Shown here piece after piece: positions 12,563-23,875 of a stretch of 64,000 bases of DNA; position 1 is the first letter of the stretch, and every line of letters starts with the position of its first letter. The notes beneath the pieces were generated by a model. It ran no database searches, had not been told where the DNA came from, and was given only the letters and a program-made list of their open reading frames with translations. The stretch is from assembly GCA_963796275.1 (NCBI GenBank), contig CAWCKY010000004.1, forward strand, positions 1,312,001-1,376,000, written 5' to 3'. A program made the position numbers and the translations under genes. Origin of the DNA: an uncultured Acidobacteriota bacterium (GTDB lineage Bacteria; Acidobacteriota; Blastocatellia; RBC074).

Positions 12563-15500
12563 TCACCTTTTACCAATGACGTCAAGAACTATGCTGTTCG
12601 ACATCACTCTCAACACTCCGGTCAAGTTTGGCGGCAGACCGCTGATCGTAATATCAGAAGCGATTAAGTCAGTCGAACCGAATGTCACCAGCGTGTAGCT
12701 CTTGCCGGGTGCCAACCCCGCTTCACCTTTGATGAGCAATTGTCGCACTCCGCTATCAACTTTGGTCAAGTTTCCCTTCACGGCAAGCTGACTGGACGTC
12801 GACCCAAGCCTGAAAACCATCAAGCCACCGGCATTCCACTTAACCGACTCCACCTTGACGATCGAACCTGGATCAACATTGCCGAAGATCAATGCCCCGC
12901 CCGGATTCAGGGTCACTGCGCGCTCCCAAGCACCAGTTCCGGTCAACGCCCCACCCGAGGTAATCGTAACATCGGATCCTGGTCCCAGACTCCCGCTCAC
13001 CTCGAGCAACCCGCTGTTGACCATTACCGGTCCACTGAAGGTGTTAGCCGCGCCTAAACGGAGACGGCCGCTGCCGGTCTTGGTGAAGCCTCCAGCGCCG
13101 GTGAGACCTCCGTCGAGCATGATGTCGCGCGCAACATTCGCCGCATCAGCGGCCTTGATCACGATGTTGCCGTTGGCCGGCAGCGTGATCGGCAAGCTCG
13201 TGCTCCAATCTGCCTTCGCCCCCACCAGCCCGCTGATGAAGTTGAGGTTGGTGGAGAGACCGGCGGAGCCGTTCTTCACGATCCCGCCGCTCCCCAGATA
13301 GAGGGTGCCGCCATTGATTGTGATCGTCACCGAACCGGCTGTAACCGTTGGGTCGAAACCGAGGGTGAATTTCTCCACTGTGCTCACTCCGCCCAAAAAA
13401 CTTCCCTGGGAAACATTATTGGGATTGGTGCCCGGATTGCGCGACATGATGATTCCGAACTCCTCATCGATGACTCGGAATTCGCCGCCCGTGACGCGGA
13501 AGGCGCCGCCGCGCCCGCTTGTCATCTGGTAGCCGACAGTGAGAGGGCCGGTCACCTCGAGTGAACCCGATTCTACCGACATAACGCCCCATGAGTTACC
13601 GCTGCCCAGACCAATCGGACCGATTACGGTAGACCCGCCTTGGACCAGGAGGCCGCTGCCGAAATTGATGGTCGCGTCGCTGGTGCGAGGAAAGTTGATA
13701 CTGGCGGCGCTCACATTACCGCCGCGAATACGAAAGATAGCGTCGCGCGTATTGGTGCAGGTGACGCCGCCATCGAAGCGCGCCACGCCAGAATCGATCA
13801 CGATCTCGCTGTTACGCGGCGTCAGCGTAGTCAGGCCGCTGGCGGCGAGCGTTCCGCCCGCAACGTGAAGGGCGGAAATATTGCCGGCGACAGTCAGCGT
13901 CGACGTCGAGAGGCTCCCGCCCGGACCTATCCGCAGAGTGCCACGGCTGACAGTCATTGGTCCGGCAATAGTATTCGGGCGTGTGAGAACGAGTGTGCCC
14001 GTCCCGGCCTTGATCAGGCCGCTGGACCCATTCAGAACCGCATCTATCGTGGCGACAGCCCCGCCGCCGAGCGGATCGACTGTGATCGTCGGACTGCCCG
14101 CGTCAGCCGCGAGATTTAGCGCGTTCATTCCATCATCCTGCAGCCGCCAGCCGGCAATCGTCGCTACGTCCGTGTCACCGAAAACTATATTGCCGAGCAG
14201 TCGCGGCGCGTCGAGATGAACCGTGACATCTTCGGTAATGTCGAGCGAAGCGAAGTCTGCCGTCGCCGACATGCCCGCCGCGATCTGATCCTGTTGCCAG
14301 TTAGGAGCATTGCCCCAAAATTCGCCGGTCTCAGGTGTAATCCAAACTCCGCTCCCGGCTGTGCGTATAGTGTATGTCTGGCCGAGAGTGAAGCCTGCCA
14401 TTGTGACGTTGGCCGCGCCGTCGATGATCCCGGTAGCCCCGGATATCAGATCGAGCCGCAGCGTGCCTTCCCCGCTCACATCAACAACGAGGATGTCGAA
14501 TGCCTGACCGCTCAGAGGCGTGATGGCGGAAATGATGCCCGTGGAGGATCCCGTCGCGGTAAGCAGGAAATCGCTCATATCTACGCCGCTCACCTGCTCG
14601 CTGAAACTAACGCGGAAAGTGAAGCTACTGGCTGTCGTGGCGGCGCTCTGCGGGTTCTGGCGCAGGATCGCGCTGACCGCCGGCGCAACAGTGTCCACCA
14701 ATACTAAAAAGGGCGCAGAAGCCGGACTGCTATTTCCGGAAGAGGCGGTCGCTGTCGCGGAGAATGTGTAAGCTCCTGGCGGCAGCACCGTGGTTGAATA
14801 GTCGAACACCCAGCGGCCGTCCGATGCCACCGGTACAGTGCCCAATGGACCTGCTCCGGTTCGCGCCACCGTAACCGTAGTTCCCGATGGCGCAGTGCCG
14901 CTGAGAATCAGGGTTGTGTCATTGGTGAGCCGGTCGTTCGGCGATTGCCCGGTGTCGTCGCTCACCGAGGAGACTATAGGAGCGGCGATACTCGCGTCGA
15001 CCACGTAAGGCGCGGAGATCGCCCCCATGTTACCGGCTTTATCGGTAGCCACAGCGATGAAGCTGTGCACGCCTGTGTCCAATGTTGTTCCCGCAACACT
15101 CCAGAGCCCGCCTTCGTTTGCCAGGGCGACACCAATGCTGCTACCGCCCACCAGGCCCACCTGGACCTCGGAGCCGGGCTCGCTGATTCCACTGATAAAA
15201 AGTTCGGTCCCCAGGTTCACACTATTGATCATCGGCGCGGCGGGCCCCGTTCGGTCTACCGTTACCATAAATGCCGGGGTGGGCGGATTATTTCCCGATT
15301 CGTCAGTGGCCGTCGCCGTGAATGCGTGAAGCCCTTCGGCCAGCGGTGCAGTGAGATCGAGGGACCAGCCCCCGCTCGCGCCGGCAGCCACCGTGCCGAT
15401 CATCCCTGTACCAAGCCGCGAAACCTTCAATGTGGTTCCGGGTCTTGCGGTCCCCATGAGCGTCAACGAGTCATCTGAAGTAATAGCATCAGTCGAGGAA

Positions 15501-16873
15501 AGCCCGGTATCGTCCGACACGTTCGTTATGAAGACCTCCTGGACGCCGCCGGGCACAAGCGCATTCAAATAGTCTTCCAGATTCGTATAGCCATTGTTAT
15601 CCCCATCACCGTTGTGATCGGCGACGTTCGGGTCGAGACCAACGGCGAGTTCCCACTCATCGGGCATACCATCACTATCCGTATCCGACGGGGCAGCGGC
15701 CGCGGCAGGGGCAGGGGCAGAACCCGCGGGCGAGGACTGCCAGCTCATAGGCGGGTCACTCTCATTGCTGATGATCTGTCCCAAGGTTCCCAGCGAGCTC
15801 ACCTCTTCAATCAATCGTCGATCCACCCGGTCGCGCACGCGCGATGCCCCGGCGTTAGCGACCACTAAACTATAGGCTTCTGCAGCCGGAAGCGCACTTT
15901 GCGACGGATAAGGGAAAGGGGAGCTCATCCAATCGACCGTTGTGTATTCCGATTGCTGTAGGACAGCGCCATCGAGCGAGCCATTTCTGTTAATGTCGCG
16001 GTAGTTATTTGACGCATAGATGTGAAAATTCAGGTTCCCGCGTGTGAATGGTTGGATTCCGGTGCTCGGGCCATCGATAAAGTAATTTTCGATGACGTTG
16101 ACGAATGATTGCCCGGCGGAGTCGCCCAGGATATATCCGCCCCCTGTGCCCCAGTTGTAGACAACGTTGTTGACAAACTCGTTGACGCCTTTCACCTTCG
16201 GATTGCGAGTCGTGTTATCGATGTAGAGGCACCGTATTATGCTGACGCCTCCGCTCGTCTCCATGAGCCCGCCCGCGGAATGTGAATGCAATCCCTGGGC
16301 GATAATAGAATCCTGGACTGTGATGTTGCTGGCCGTGCCGCTGACGGAGAAGGTCTCATCCCGTCCCCATGAGACCGAGACGTGATCGAAGATCATGTTA
16401 TCTCCCTGCGCGACCGTCACGGCGTCGGCACCGCCGTCACCGACCACGCCCATGCGTATGCGCAGATAACGGGTGATCGTATTGTTTGCGTTCGAAAACG
16501 AAATGCCGTTTCCATAGATCGTGATCCCTTCACCGGGCGCAGTCTGACCGGCGATTGTGAGATTCGGCGCCACCTGTATCCGGCTACTGCTCCGGATCAT
16601 TCCTCCGACGGCGAATACGACATAGCGATTAGGCTGGCTTACCGCGTCGCGAAAGGAGCCGGGTCCGCTGTCGTTGAGGTTCGTCACGATATAAACGTTG
16701 CCGCCCCGCCCGCCGGGAGAATTGGCACCAAAACCGGAGGCACCGGGAAAAGCCGGAATCGCGGTTTGCGTCGAAGTGGACGCACTGTGTGCGGCGGCCA
16801 GCACTATGTAACCCGCGAACGCTGCAAACGCGTATTTTGTGAGGCGGCGGTGTGTCAGGCTGAAGATTTTCAT
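12563..16873 (-). CDS. Large secreted pectate lyase (PL1-like) with Ca-binding repeats, Ig-like (Big) domains and autotransporter-associated beta-strand repeats
   Basis: AFPGASGFG...GGRGG, VTNLNDSGPGSFRDA, IFDHVSVSWGRDE and RNPK motifs; DTDSDGMPDEWE; SDDTG..S.D.ITxD repeats; GLIKAGTGTLVL and GFTKTGSGRLRLGAANTFSG repeats. Start ATG 16873 (alternative TTG 16900). Confidence 0.85.
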   Translation of the reverse strand: MKIFSLTHRRLTKYAFAAFAGYIVLAAAHSASTSTQTAIPAFPGASGFGANSPGGRGGNVYIVTNLNDSGPGSFRDAVSQPNRYVVFAVGGMIRSSSRIQVAPNLTIAGQTAPGEGITIYGNGISFSNANNTITRYLRIRMGVVGDGGADAVTVAQGDNMIFDHVSVSWGRDETFSVSGTASNITVQDSIIAQGLHSHSAGGLMETSGGVSIIRCLYIDNTTRNPKVKGVNEFVNNVVYNWGTGGGYILGDSAGQSFVNVIENYFIDGPSTGIQPFTRGNLNFHIYASNNYRDINRNGSLDGAVLQQSEYTTVDWMSSPFPYPSQSALPAAEAYSLVVANAGASRVRDRVDRRLIEEVSSLGTLGQIISNESDPPMSWQSSPAGSAPAPAAAAAPSDTDSDGMPDEWELAVGLDPNVADHNGDGDNNGYTNLEDYLNALVPGGVQEVFITNVSDDTGLSSTDAITSDDSLTLMGTARPGTTLKVSRLGTGMIGTVAAGASGGWSLDLTAPLAEGLHAFTATATDESGNNPPTPAFMVTVDRTGPAAPMINSVNLGTELFISGISEPGSEVQVGLVGGSSIGVALANEGGLWSVAGTTLDTGVHSFIAVATDKAGNMGAISAPYVVDASIAAPIVSSVSDDTGQSPNDRLTNDTTLILSGTAPSGTTVTVARTGAGPLGTVPVASDGRWVFDYSTTVLPPGAYTFSATATASSGNSSPASAPFLVLVDTVAPAVSAILRQNPQSAATTASSFTFRVSFSEQVSGVDMSDFLLTATGSSTGIISAITPLSGQAFDILVVDVSGEGTLRLDLISGATGIIDGAANVTMAGFTLGQTYTIRTAGSGVWITPETGEFWGNAPNWQQDQIAAGMSATADFASLDITEDVTVHLDAPRLLGNIVFGDTDVATIAGWRLQDDGMNALNLAADAGSPTITVDPLGGGAVATIDAVLNGSSGLIKAGTGTLVLTRPNTIAGPMTVSRGTLRIGPGGSLSTSTLTVAGNISALHVAGGTLAASGLTTLTPRNSEIVIDSGVARFDGGVTCTNTRDAIFRIRGGNVSAASINFPRTSDATINFGSGLLVQGGSTVIGPIGLGSGNSWGVMSVESGSLEVTGPLTVGYQMTSGRGGAFRVTGGEFRVIDEEFGIIMSRNPGTNPNNVSQGSFLGGVSTVEKFTLGFDPTVTAGSVTITINGGTLYLGSGGIVKNGSAGLSTNLNFISGLVGAKADWSTSLPITLPANGNIVIKAADAANVARDIMLDGGLTGAGGFTKTGSGRLRLGAANTFSGPVMVNSGLLEVSGSLGPGSDVTITSGGALTGTGAWERAVTLNPGGALIFGNVDPGSIVKVESVKWNAGGLMVFRLGSTSSQLAVKGNLTKVDSGVRQLLIKGEAGLAPGKSYTLVTFGSTDLIASDITISGLPPNLTGVLRVMSNSIVLDVIGKR

Positions 16874-17072
16874 GTGAGGAGTGTTCTCTCTTGTTTTCAA
16901 TGAGTCTTCGTTTGTGAGGTTTTTGCCAACCGGAAATCAGAGCGAGGTATCGTGACGCCGAATCGCCATAGCGGAGCAGCTTTCGCCGATGAATCTCGGA
17001 ATTTTCACCGAAAGCTTCGGTTGAGGCCTGTGCTCCCGCCTCATTCTTCGCGCGTCTGCGATAATTCCTGAG

Positions 17073-18464
17073 TCAAAGCTCAAACTTCTGCAGGTAATCG
17101 GGGATCTCGACGGACCAGCCGAACTGCTCGACTATCTTTCTTCCCAGCGATTCCGCTGCATCCGGCTCGCCGTGAACTAAAAATACCTTCTCAGGCGCGC
17201 GCTTAAATCCGCTCAACCATCGCAATATCTCACGGTAATCGGCATGCGCCGATAGGTTTTCCAATCTTTCGATCTGCGCGCGCACCGGCACCCAGCCACC
17301 GAAGATTTTCACCTCGCTTTCGCCGTCAACCAGGCGGCGCCCACGTGTGCCGGCCGCTTGAAATCCGACAAATATCACCGTATTCCGTTCATCCGGCAAT
17401 CGATTTCGCAGATGATGCAGAATGCGGCCGCCAGTGGCCATCCCGCTGGCCGAAATGACGATCGACGGCTCCTGGCTGGCGGTGATGTTCTTCGATTCTT
17501 GAACCGTTCGTGCCAGGTTGAATCGCTTGGTTGCAAGCGGATTTCTCCGCGCATCCATCAATGTCTGCATTTCGAGATCATGGTCTTCCGTGTGGTTCAA
17601 GTAGAGCTTGGTCGCGCTGACGGCCATGGGGCTATCGACAAAGATTGGCAAAACAGGAATACGTTTCTCATCCTCGAGCTCGCGGATCAAGTAGAGCAAT
17701 TGTTGAGATCGGCCGACGGCGAAGGCCGGAATCAATACGTGACCGCCGCGCGATGCCGTCGCGTTTATGATCTCGGCCAGTCGGTCCTTGACGTCAAAAT
17801 CCGGATGCTCGCGATCGCCGTAGGTCGATTCGAGGACTATGTAATCGGCCTCGTCCACGCTCGCCGGGTCATTGATGATCGGTTCGCCATAGCGGCCGAT
17901 ATCGCCGGTCATTGTCACGCGTTTGCGCCCCCCGCCGGCGCACTCGAGATCGAGGTTGACGAAGCTCGAACCGAGAATGTGTCCGGCCGTGACGAACTCG
18001 AAGGATATTTTCTGAGTCAATTGTACGGACTTGTGATAGTGAACGGGGCGTAGTCGTCCGAGCGTCTCGGTCGCATCTCCCTCCGTGTAGAGGGGTAAAG
18101 CGGGTTTGTGCTTCGATGAACCTTTCTTGTTTGAATAATTCGCCTCTTCTTCCTGCAAGCGTGCGGAATCCGGCAGCAGGATGCGCGCCAATTCATCGGT
18201 CGCCGGAGTGCAATAAACGTCTCCCGCGAAGCCGTCGCGTACTAGCTTCGGGAGAAAGCCGGTATGATCGATGTGAGCGTGCGTGAGAATAACGGAATCG
18301 ACCAGGGCCGGGTCGATGGGAAAAGGATCCCAGTTGCGCAATCGCAATTCCTTGAAGCCCTGAAACAATCCGCAATCCACCAGGACACGATAACCGTCGA
18401 CCTCGAGCAAATGCTTCGATCCGGTGACGGTGCGCGTCGCGCCGAGAAATTGTATGTAGGCCAT
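17073..18464 (-). CDS. MBL-fold metallo-hydrolase, beta-CASP RNA-processing family
   Basis: [35 protein letters not shown] and LVHGE motifs. Confidence 0.93.
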   Translation of the reverse strand: MAYIQFLGATRTVTGSKHLLEVDGYRVLVDCGLFQGFKELRLRNWDPFPIDPALVDSVILTHAHIDHTGFLPKLVRDGFAGDVYCTPATDELARILLPDSARLQEEEANYSNKKGSSKHKPALPLYTEGDATETLGRLRPVHYHKSVQLTQKISFEFVTAGHILGSSFVNLDLECAGGGRKRVTMTGDIGRYGEPIINDPASVDEADYIVLESTYGDREHPDFDVKDRLAEIINATASRGGHVLIPAFAVGRSQQLLYLIRELEDEKRIPVLPIFVDSPMAVSATKLYLNHTEDHDLEMQTLMDARRNPLATKRFNLARTVQESKNITASQEPSIVISASGMATGGRILHHLRNRLPDERNTVIFVGFQAAGTRGRRLVDGESEVKIFGGWVPVRAQIERLENLSAHADYREILRWLSGFKRAPEKVFLVHGEPDAAESLGRKIVEQFGWSVEIPDYLQKFEL

Positions 18465-18680
18465 TAAATCTCCGGGACACTAGACAGGAATGGGATGGCA
18501 GGAATGGCAATCTCTTATTTCCTGTCTCCCATTTTTTCCTGTTAGCGAAACACACAAATTGAGGCACTGAATTCACCAAACGATACCGCCAGATTCGACA
18601 GGATCGACGCCGTTTGTGTTCGGGCAAACCCGTCCATACCTATCAATCCGTGGTCTCCGATCAGCCGGTCAAATGCTTGT

Positions 18681-19250
18681 TTACTTCTTCTTCAGTATGC
18701 TACAAGCCTGATAGGCGCCTTTCGGATCGATAGCCGTGTTTCCTTCTTCGATGTTGCGAATGATGCCATCTTTGTCGATGACGAAAGTGGCGCGAGCGAG
18801 ATATTTACTAGTGCCGGTTAAGAGCCCGTAATCTTTCACTACCACGCGATCCCAATCGCTCAGCAGCGGAAATTTCACGCCGATCTTCTCCGCAAACGCC
18901 CTGTTTGCCGGAACGCTGTCCATACTAACCCCGAATATCTGGGTATCTGCTTCTTCGAATTTGGCGATATCAGCCTGATACGCCTGCAGTTCTTTGGTTC
19001 AGCCACCGGTGAAGGCGAGCACGTAAAATGCCAGTACGACATTCTTCTTGCCTTTGAAATCGCTCAGTTTGTAATTCTTGCCATCCGTGCCCGACATAGT
19101 GAATTCGGGCGCGGCGTCGCCGACTTTCAAATGGGTCTTCGGCGCAGCGGGCGGTTTCGCCGGATTTGCAGGTTGCTGCTGTGCTTGTTGCGCATATGCG
19201 GACGCGCTCATCACAAGCAACAACCCCAAAACAATAAATTTTTTGATCAT
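18681..19250 (-). CDS. Selenocysteine-containing peroxiredoxin (AhpC/TSA, BCP/AhpE-like), 189 aa with signal peptide; UGA at codon 84
   Basis: ORFs 18999-19250 and 18681-18923 are in frame and joined through TGA 19001-18999: [41 protein letters not shown]. The TGA falls at the peroxidatic TxxC position. Confidence 0.85.
18963..18984 (-). promoter_or_regulatory. Candidate bacterial SECIS hairpin
   Basis: mRNA GGCG-UAUC-AGGCU-GAUA-U-CGCC begins 14 nt after the UGA and has a G-containing apical loop. Confidence 0.65.
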
Positions 19251-19365
19251 TGTTTAATTATCTCCTCAAATATGTCTATTCATCACACGGAGGTCTGCAA
19301 TATTAGAACATCATCGCAGTTCCATCGGCAACGCCTAGCGAGAGGAGAATAATCGCTCGTACAGC

Positions 19366-20301
19366 TCAATGTTTCACGGGCGTCTCAAATTTCTGTACCC
19401 GCCAGTTCTTGATCTCCGCCACATAGATCGCTCCCGTGCTATCCAATGCGATGTTGTGTACGAAGTCGAGCTTGCCTGGAACTTTGCCAAAGCCGCCGAG
19501 CACGCCCAGTATCTTTCCTTCCGCGTCCAATTTCACGATGCGATTGTTCAATCCATCGGCCATATAAAAGCAGTTCTCTTTGCGCGCGTATACCAATCCC
19601 CACGGCGCGCCGATGTCAGTCCACTTGCCCAAAAATTTCCCGTTGCTGTCGAAAATCTGTATTCGTTGATTGGTGCGATCGGCGACGTACACGCGTTCCT
19701 GCGCGTCCAGGCAGACATCATGTGCCAGGTTGAATTCGCCATCACCCGTGCCTTTCTTGCCCCAGTGCGTTATGTATTCGCCGTCGCGGTTATACTTGAT
19801 TACGCGTGAATTCACATATCCGTCGGAGATATAGAGATCGCCGTTTTTGCCGAAAGCTATGCCGGTCGGTTCATTGAACGCATACTTACTGTCATTATCC
19901 CCGGGCGTACCCTGCCGGTTGCCGAGGATCATCAGAACCCGGCCTTCCGTATTGTATTTGATGACGACGTGCCCCTTCACATCGATGCCCCAGATGTTCC
20001 CCTCGGGATCGACATTGATCCCGTGCGCCGATCTGACGACGATATCCGGCCACGCCTGCAAGAATTTTCCATTGCGATCAAATTGTATGACCGGATGCGA
20101 GCCGCGATTGAAGACCCAGACATTGTCCTGCTTATCTATCGCCACTCCTGAACATTCGCCGAAATTCCAGCCCTTGGGCAGCTTCGCCCAATCTTTGACG
20201 GGTTGGTGCGGCAGCGGCTCTCCCGTCTTGAGCTGCGCATAGACCGGACTTAGAACTGTGGTTACAACCAATATCATAAATATTCTGGTTATCGAACACA
20301 T
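19366..20301 (-). CDS. Secreted NHL-repeat beta-propeller (peptidyl-alpha-hydroxyglycine lyase-like)
   Basis: Signal peptide; repeated FNEPTGIAF...YISDGYVNSRV and FNLAHDVCLD...YVADRTNQRIQIF NHL motifs. Confidence 0.88.
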   Translation of the reverse strand: MCSITRIFMILVVTTVLSPVYAQLKTGEPLPHQPVKDWAKLPKGWNFGECSGVAIDKQDNVWVFNRGSHPVIQFDRNGKFLQAWPDIVVRSAHGINVDPEGNIWGIDVKGHVVIKYNTEGRVLMILGNRQGTPGDNDSKYAFNEPTGIAFGKNGDLYISDGYVNSRVIKYNRDGEYITHWGKKGTGDGEFNLAHDVCLDAQERVYVADRTNQRIQIFDSNGKFLGKWTDIGAPWGLVYARKENCFYMADGLNNRIVKLDAEGKILGVLGGFGKVPGKLDFVHNIALDSTGAIYVAEIKNWRVQKFETPVKH

Positions 20302-20445
20302 AGGCGCCTCCTTATTGCTGGTTGATTGATCTGGGGACTATTTTGCGGGTAATGCGCGGTAATAATAAGGTGGCGGGGATTCAAGAGTCTAGAATGTTTC
20401 TGTTATACTGCCCGAGCCACCCCATAAATACTCCAATTCTCTGAT

Positions 20446-20880
20446 ATGTCCAACATTTTTTACCAGGCGAATTTCTGCGCTGAGTGCGGCAACTTGCTTG
20501 AACCCCGCCGGATATGGTTTCCCCGTTATTTCTGCGACGATTGCGCGACGAGCAGAAGACGGCGGGGTTATGTCGCGCCCCTTTCCCTGCTGGCCGGCCT
20601 GCTGGTTATTGCGTTTTTGTTCAGTGAGAGACAACCACCGGCCCTCGAGCGCGCGAATATCATGGCCGCGCCCGCCGCCGTCTCCGCGCGCGATGCCACG
20701 CCGAAACAGTACCTGCTTCCCCAGATCGAACCTCAGGAACGCGTCATATGCGGCGCGCGGACGAAAAAGGGAAAGCCGTGCAGACGTATGGTACTTCCCG
20801 GTCAACGTTGCGCGCAGCATCGCGGGATGCCGTCCATGATCATGCAACCTACCGGGAGACGGGCAACGACGGAGCGATGA
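20446..20880 (+). CDS. Small membrane protein with N-terminal zinc ribbon and C-terminal CxxxTxxGxxC...CxxH domain
   Basis: CAEC...CDDC, one TM segment, then ICGARTKKGKPCRRMVLPGQRCAQH. Confidence 0.7.
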   Translation: MSNIFYQANFCAECGNLLEPRRIWFPRYFCDDCATSRRRRGYVAPLSLLAGLLVIAFLFSERQPPALERANIMAAPAAVSARDATPKQYLLPQIEPQERVICGARTKKGKPCRRMVLPGQRCAQHRGMPSMIMQPTGRRATTER

Positions 20881-21034
20881 AATTCGCCAAGTTATCGTGA
20901 CGGATCGACGGGGTCAACGAGGATAAAATCCTTATAAAATCATCATGAACGAGTTGGATCGCCGCAATCCGTGGTAAATTTATACAGGCTCCGTGGAGAT
21001 GACAGAAAACTCAGGCGAAATGCGACTCAAATTC

Positions 21035-21064
21035 TTGACGCTCATCGGGTACTCAACTTAAGAT
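21035..21064 (+). promoter_or_regulatory. Putative sigma70 promoter of the tRNA gene
   Basis: TTGACG-18 nt-TAAGAT, about 45 nt upstream of the tRNA 5' end. Confidence 0.55.
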
Positions 21065-21107
21065 GTGCCGTGATTATTTGAGGGCTGAGTTCATTTGATC
21101 TTCGCAA

Positions 21108-21570
<463 letters not shown>

Positions 21571-21664
21571 AAAATTAACCGCAATATTGTCGAGAAGAAC
21601 GAAAAGGCGAAAATAACAACCTCAGCATCTTCCGTTGTAATTCCTGGATATTTTGTTCTTTTGA

Positions 21665-23875
21665 TTACCTGGATTGGCTGATAAGGATGATATCCTTGAT
21701 GGTCAAACCGCGATCGAAGGCCAGGTATTTACCATCGCGCGACCAGGCAATGCGAAAAATCTGATCTTCTTTGAAGTGAGTCAATTGTTTCGACTGGCCG
21801 CCGTCGATCGGCTGAAGCCAAATATTTGATACCCCATCCTTCGTAAGAATGTAGGTCAGCGATCGGCCATCCGTCGTCCATCGCATTATTCCCGATGCCG
21901 GCAGCGGCATCTCTTTGAACACTTTGACGGGGTTACCGCCTGTAATTGGAATGATCGCAATGACCATCCGTTTGGACTGTTCATCCCGATACTGGCACGC
22001 GATCAACTTTCCATCGGGAGAGACGGCCGGATATAACGAAACCTGCCGCGTCAATTGTATCGGTTCACCTCCATCGATCGATACTTTCCAGAGCGTCAGG
22101 TTTCCCGACTCATCGAAGGAAGTATAGACCACCCATCGCCCATCAGGCGTGAAGCTGGGCAGATCGTCAAACTTCCCGCTCGTCAATTGTCGCGGATTGC
22201 GGCCATCAATATCCATTCGCCAGAGATAAGACGTGCCTGAGCCTTCCGAGGTATAAACTATATAGCGGCCATCGCTGGAAGCGACGGGATCGACCTCTCG
22301 GCGCGGGTCGTAGGTCAACTGCTTCTGATTGGCTCCGCCGGAATCCATAATCCATATATCGGCGTTACCGCTCGCGTGTGAGCCATATATCAGACGATCG
22401 TCAGGAGTCCAGCAGAGGCCCAATAGTTCGCTGTAATTATCCCCATTTACCGATCTAATCAGGCGGGCGCGGCCGGCATCACCGTCTGGCGCGACCCAGA
22501 GGCGTGAAACTCGATCCGATCGCGCCGTGACGAGTTCATCGGATTGAGTGGCAATGCTGAGCCCCGCATGACTATTCAAATTGTTGGTTATTCTGCTAAC
22601 CTCGCCGGCCGGATAAGAGAGATGCCAGAGTTGATTGGCGATCACCGGCGATTTTTGATGAAAAGCAACAACCACAATGCCGCTTCCATCCTTAATCCAG
22701 CCTGTCGGTCCGACCGAAGTCCACGTCTGAGACCCCAACCTGGCCTCGCTCCCATTCGCCACATCCACCGTGACAACGTACATATTGCTCGAGTCGCCCG
22801 GGCTGAATCTCCCCGCACCCAATGCAATAGTTCTTCCATCCGGAGACCATGCCGGCCCACTCCTTATGAAATAATCGGGTCGTTTGCGCGCCGCCAACTG
22901 TTCCTCTCCGCTGCCATCTGCATTGGCGGTAAAGAGGAAAGTTTCCCTGCTTTCAACGTTTCTACGAACGAAGGCGAACCTTTTGCCATCGGGTGAAAAT
23001 GTAACTGTGCTGTCCACCCACGCGAGGATTTTTCTAGGAGTGCCGCCGAGGACCGGCACTTTATAAAGTGCGCCCCTTGGTTGGTCCTTATCCTGAACGA
23101 CGTAATATATGAAGCTGCCATCCGGCGAAAAGGTAACCCCAAGATAATTCACTTCGGACGGCGATATCACCTGCGTATTCCCGGTCGAATTCACCTGCCC
23201 CATGTAGATGCTCTGCCTGCCAGCTTCGTCAAGAACATAGGCCACATATTTCCCGTCGGGCGAAAGCGCCGGTTGCTGAGCATTGCCGGATGAGGTCAAC
23301 AACCTGATCGACCTCATCTCGGGAGATGCAGCCGACCCGCCTGTCAACGAGTTCCATCGAAGAAAGTAGGAAAAGCCGAAAGCGGTTGTTACGGCAAGAA
23401 CGAGAACGGCCGCCGCAATTAGCGCTTTTTCCTTATAGATACGTTTCTCAGATTGTTGCGCTGGAACGGATGTGCCGTCATCTGCCCTAGGCTCGGTTCT
23501 AACGCTATCGCTTCGGTTGGGGTGCGCCTCAACCTGGCCATCTACTCGTCTGATCTCTGCGACAAAACGGTAACCGCGCTTGGGAATGGTCTCGATATAC
23601 TGTTGTTTGGCAGCACTTTCGCCCAACGCCTTCCGTAACTGGAAGATGATCTGCGTCAGGTTGCTCTCCTCGACGAAACAGTCGGGCCATAGGCGATTCA
23701 TCAGCTCTTCTTTTTCCAGAATGCGTCCGGAGCTCTCAACCATTATGACGAGCGCATCCCATACCTTCGGAGCCACTGGCACGGGCGAGCCATCGCGGAG
23801 CATTTGATGGTTGGCGACATCAATTTTGAATGGACCGAACTCATAAAAGTAATAAATTTGCGCGGGACCTGACAT
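21665..23875 (-). CDS. Transmembrane regulator: OmpR/CadC-type winged HTH, TM segment, TolB-like PD40 beta-propeller
   Basis: YEFGPF...LWPDCFVEESNLTQIIFQLRKALG...IETIPKRGYRF; one TM segment; many SPDG/TPDG repeats. Confidence 0.92.
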   Translation of the reverse strand: MSGPAQIYYFYEFGPFKIDVANHQMLRDGSPVPVAPKVWDALVIMVESSGRILEKEELMNRLWPDCFVEESNLTQIIFQLRKALGESAAKQQYIETIPKRGYRFVAEIRRVDGQVEAHPNRSDSVRTEPRADDGTSVPAQQSEKRIYKEKALIAAAVLVLAVTTAFGFSYFLRWNSLTGGSAASPEMRSIRLLTSSGNAQQPALSPDGKYVAYVLDEAGRQSIYMGQVNSTGNTQVISPSEVNYLGVTFSPDGSFIYYVVQDKDQPRGALYKVPVLGGTPRKILAWVDSTVTFSPDGKRFAFVRRNVESRETFLFTANADGSGEEQLAARKRPDYFIRSGPAWSPDGRTIALGAGRFSPGDSSNMYVVTVDVANGSEARLGSQTWTSVGPTGWIKDGSGIVVVAFHQKSPVIANQLWHLSYPAGEVSRITNNLNSHAGLSIATQSDELVTARSDRVSRLWVAPDGDAGRARLIRSVNGDNYSELLGLCWTPDDRLIYGSHASGNADIWIMDSGGANQKQLTYDPRREVDPVASSDGRYIVYTSEGSGTSYLWRMDIDGRNPRQLTSGKFDDLPSFTPDGRWVVYTSFDESGNLTLWKVSIDGGEPIQLTRQVSLYPAVSPDGKLIACQYRDEQSKRMVIAIIPITGGNPVKVFKEMPLPASGIMRWTTDGRSLTYILTKDGVSNIWLQPIDGGQSKQLTHFKEDQIFRIAWSRDGKYLAFDRGLTIKDIILISQSR

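Noticed and set aside
11983-12698. Repeated 61-77 aa ORFs (also those at 51539-52164 and 55387-56379)
   Set aside because: These are translations of the tandem repeats, with no protein-like features.
18681-19250. Two separate small genes or a nonsense pseudogene
   Set aside because: The TGA sits exactly at the catalytic Cys position with a downstream hairpin and no other lesion, so Sec recoding fits better.
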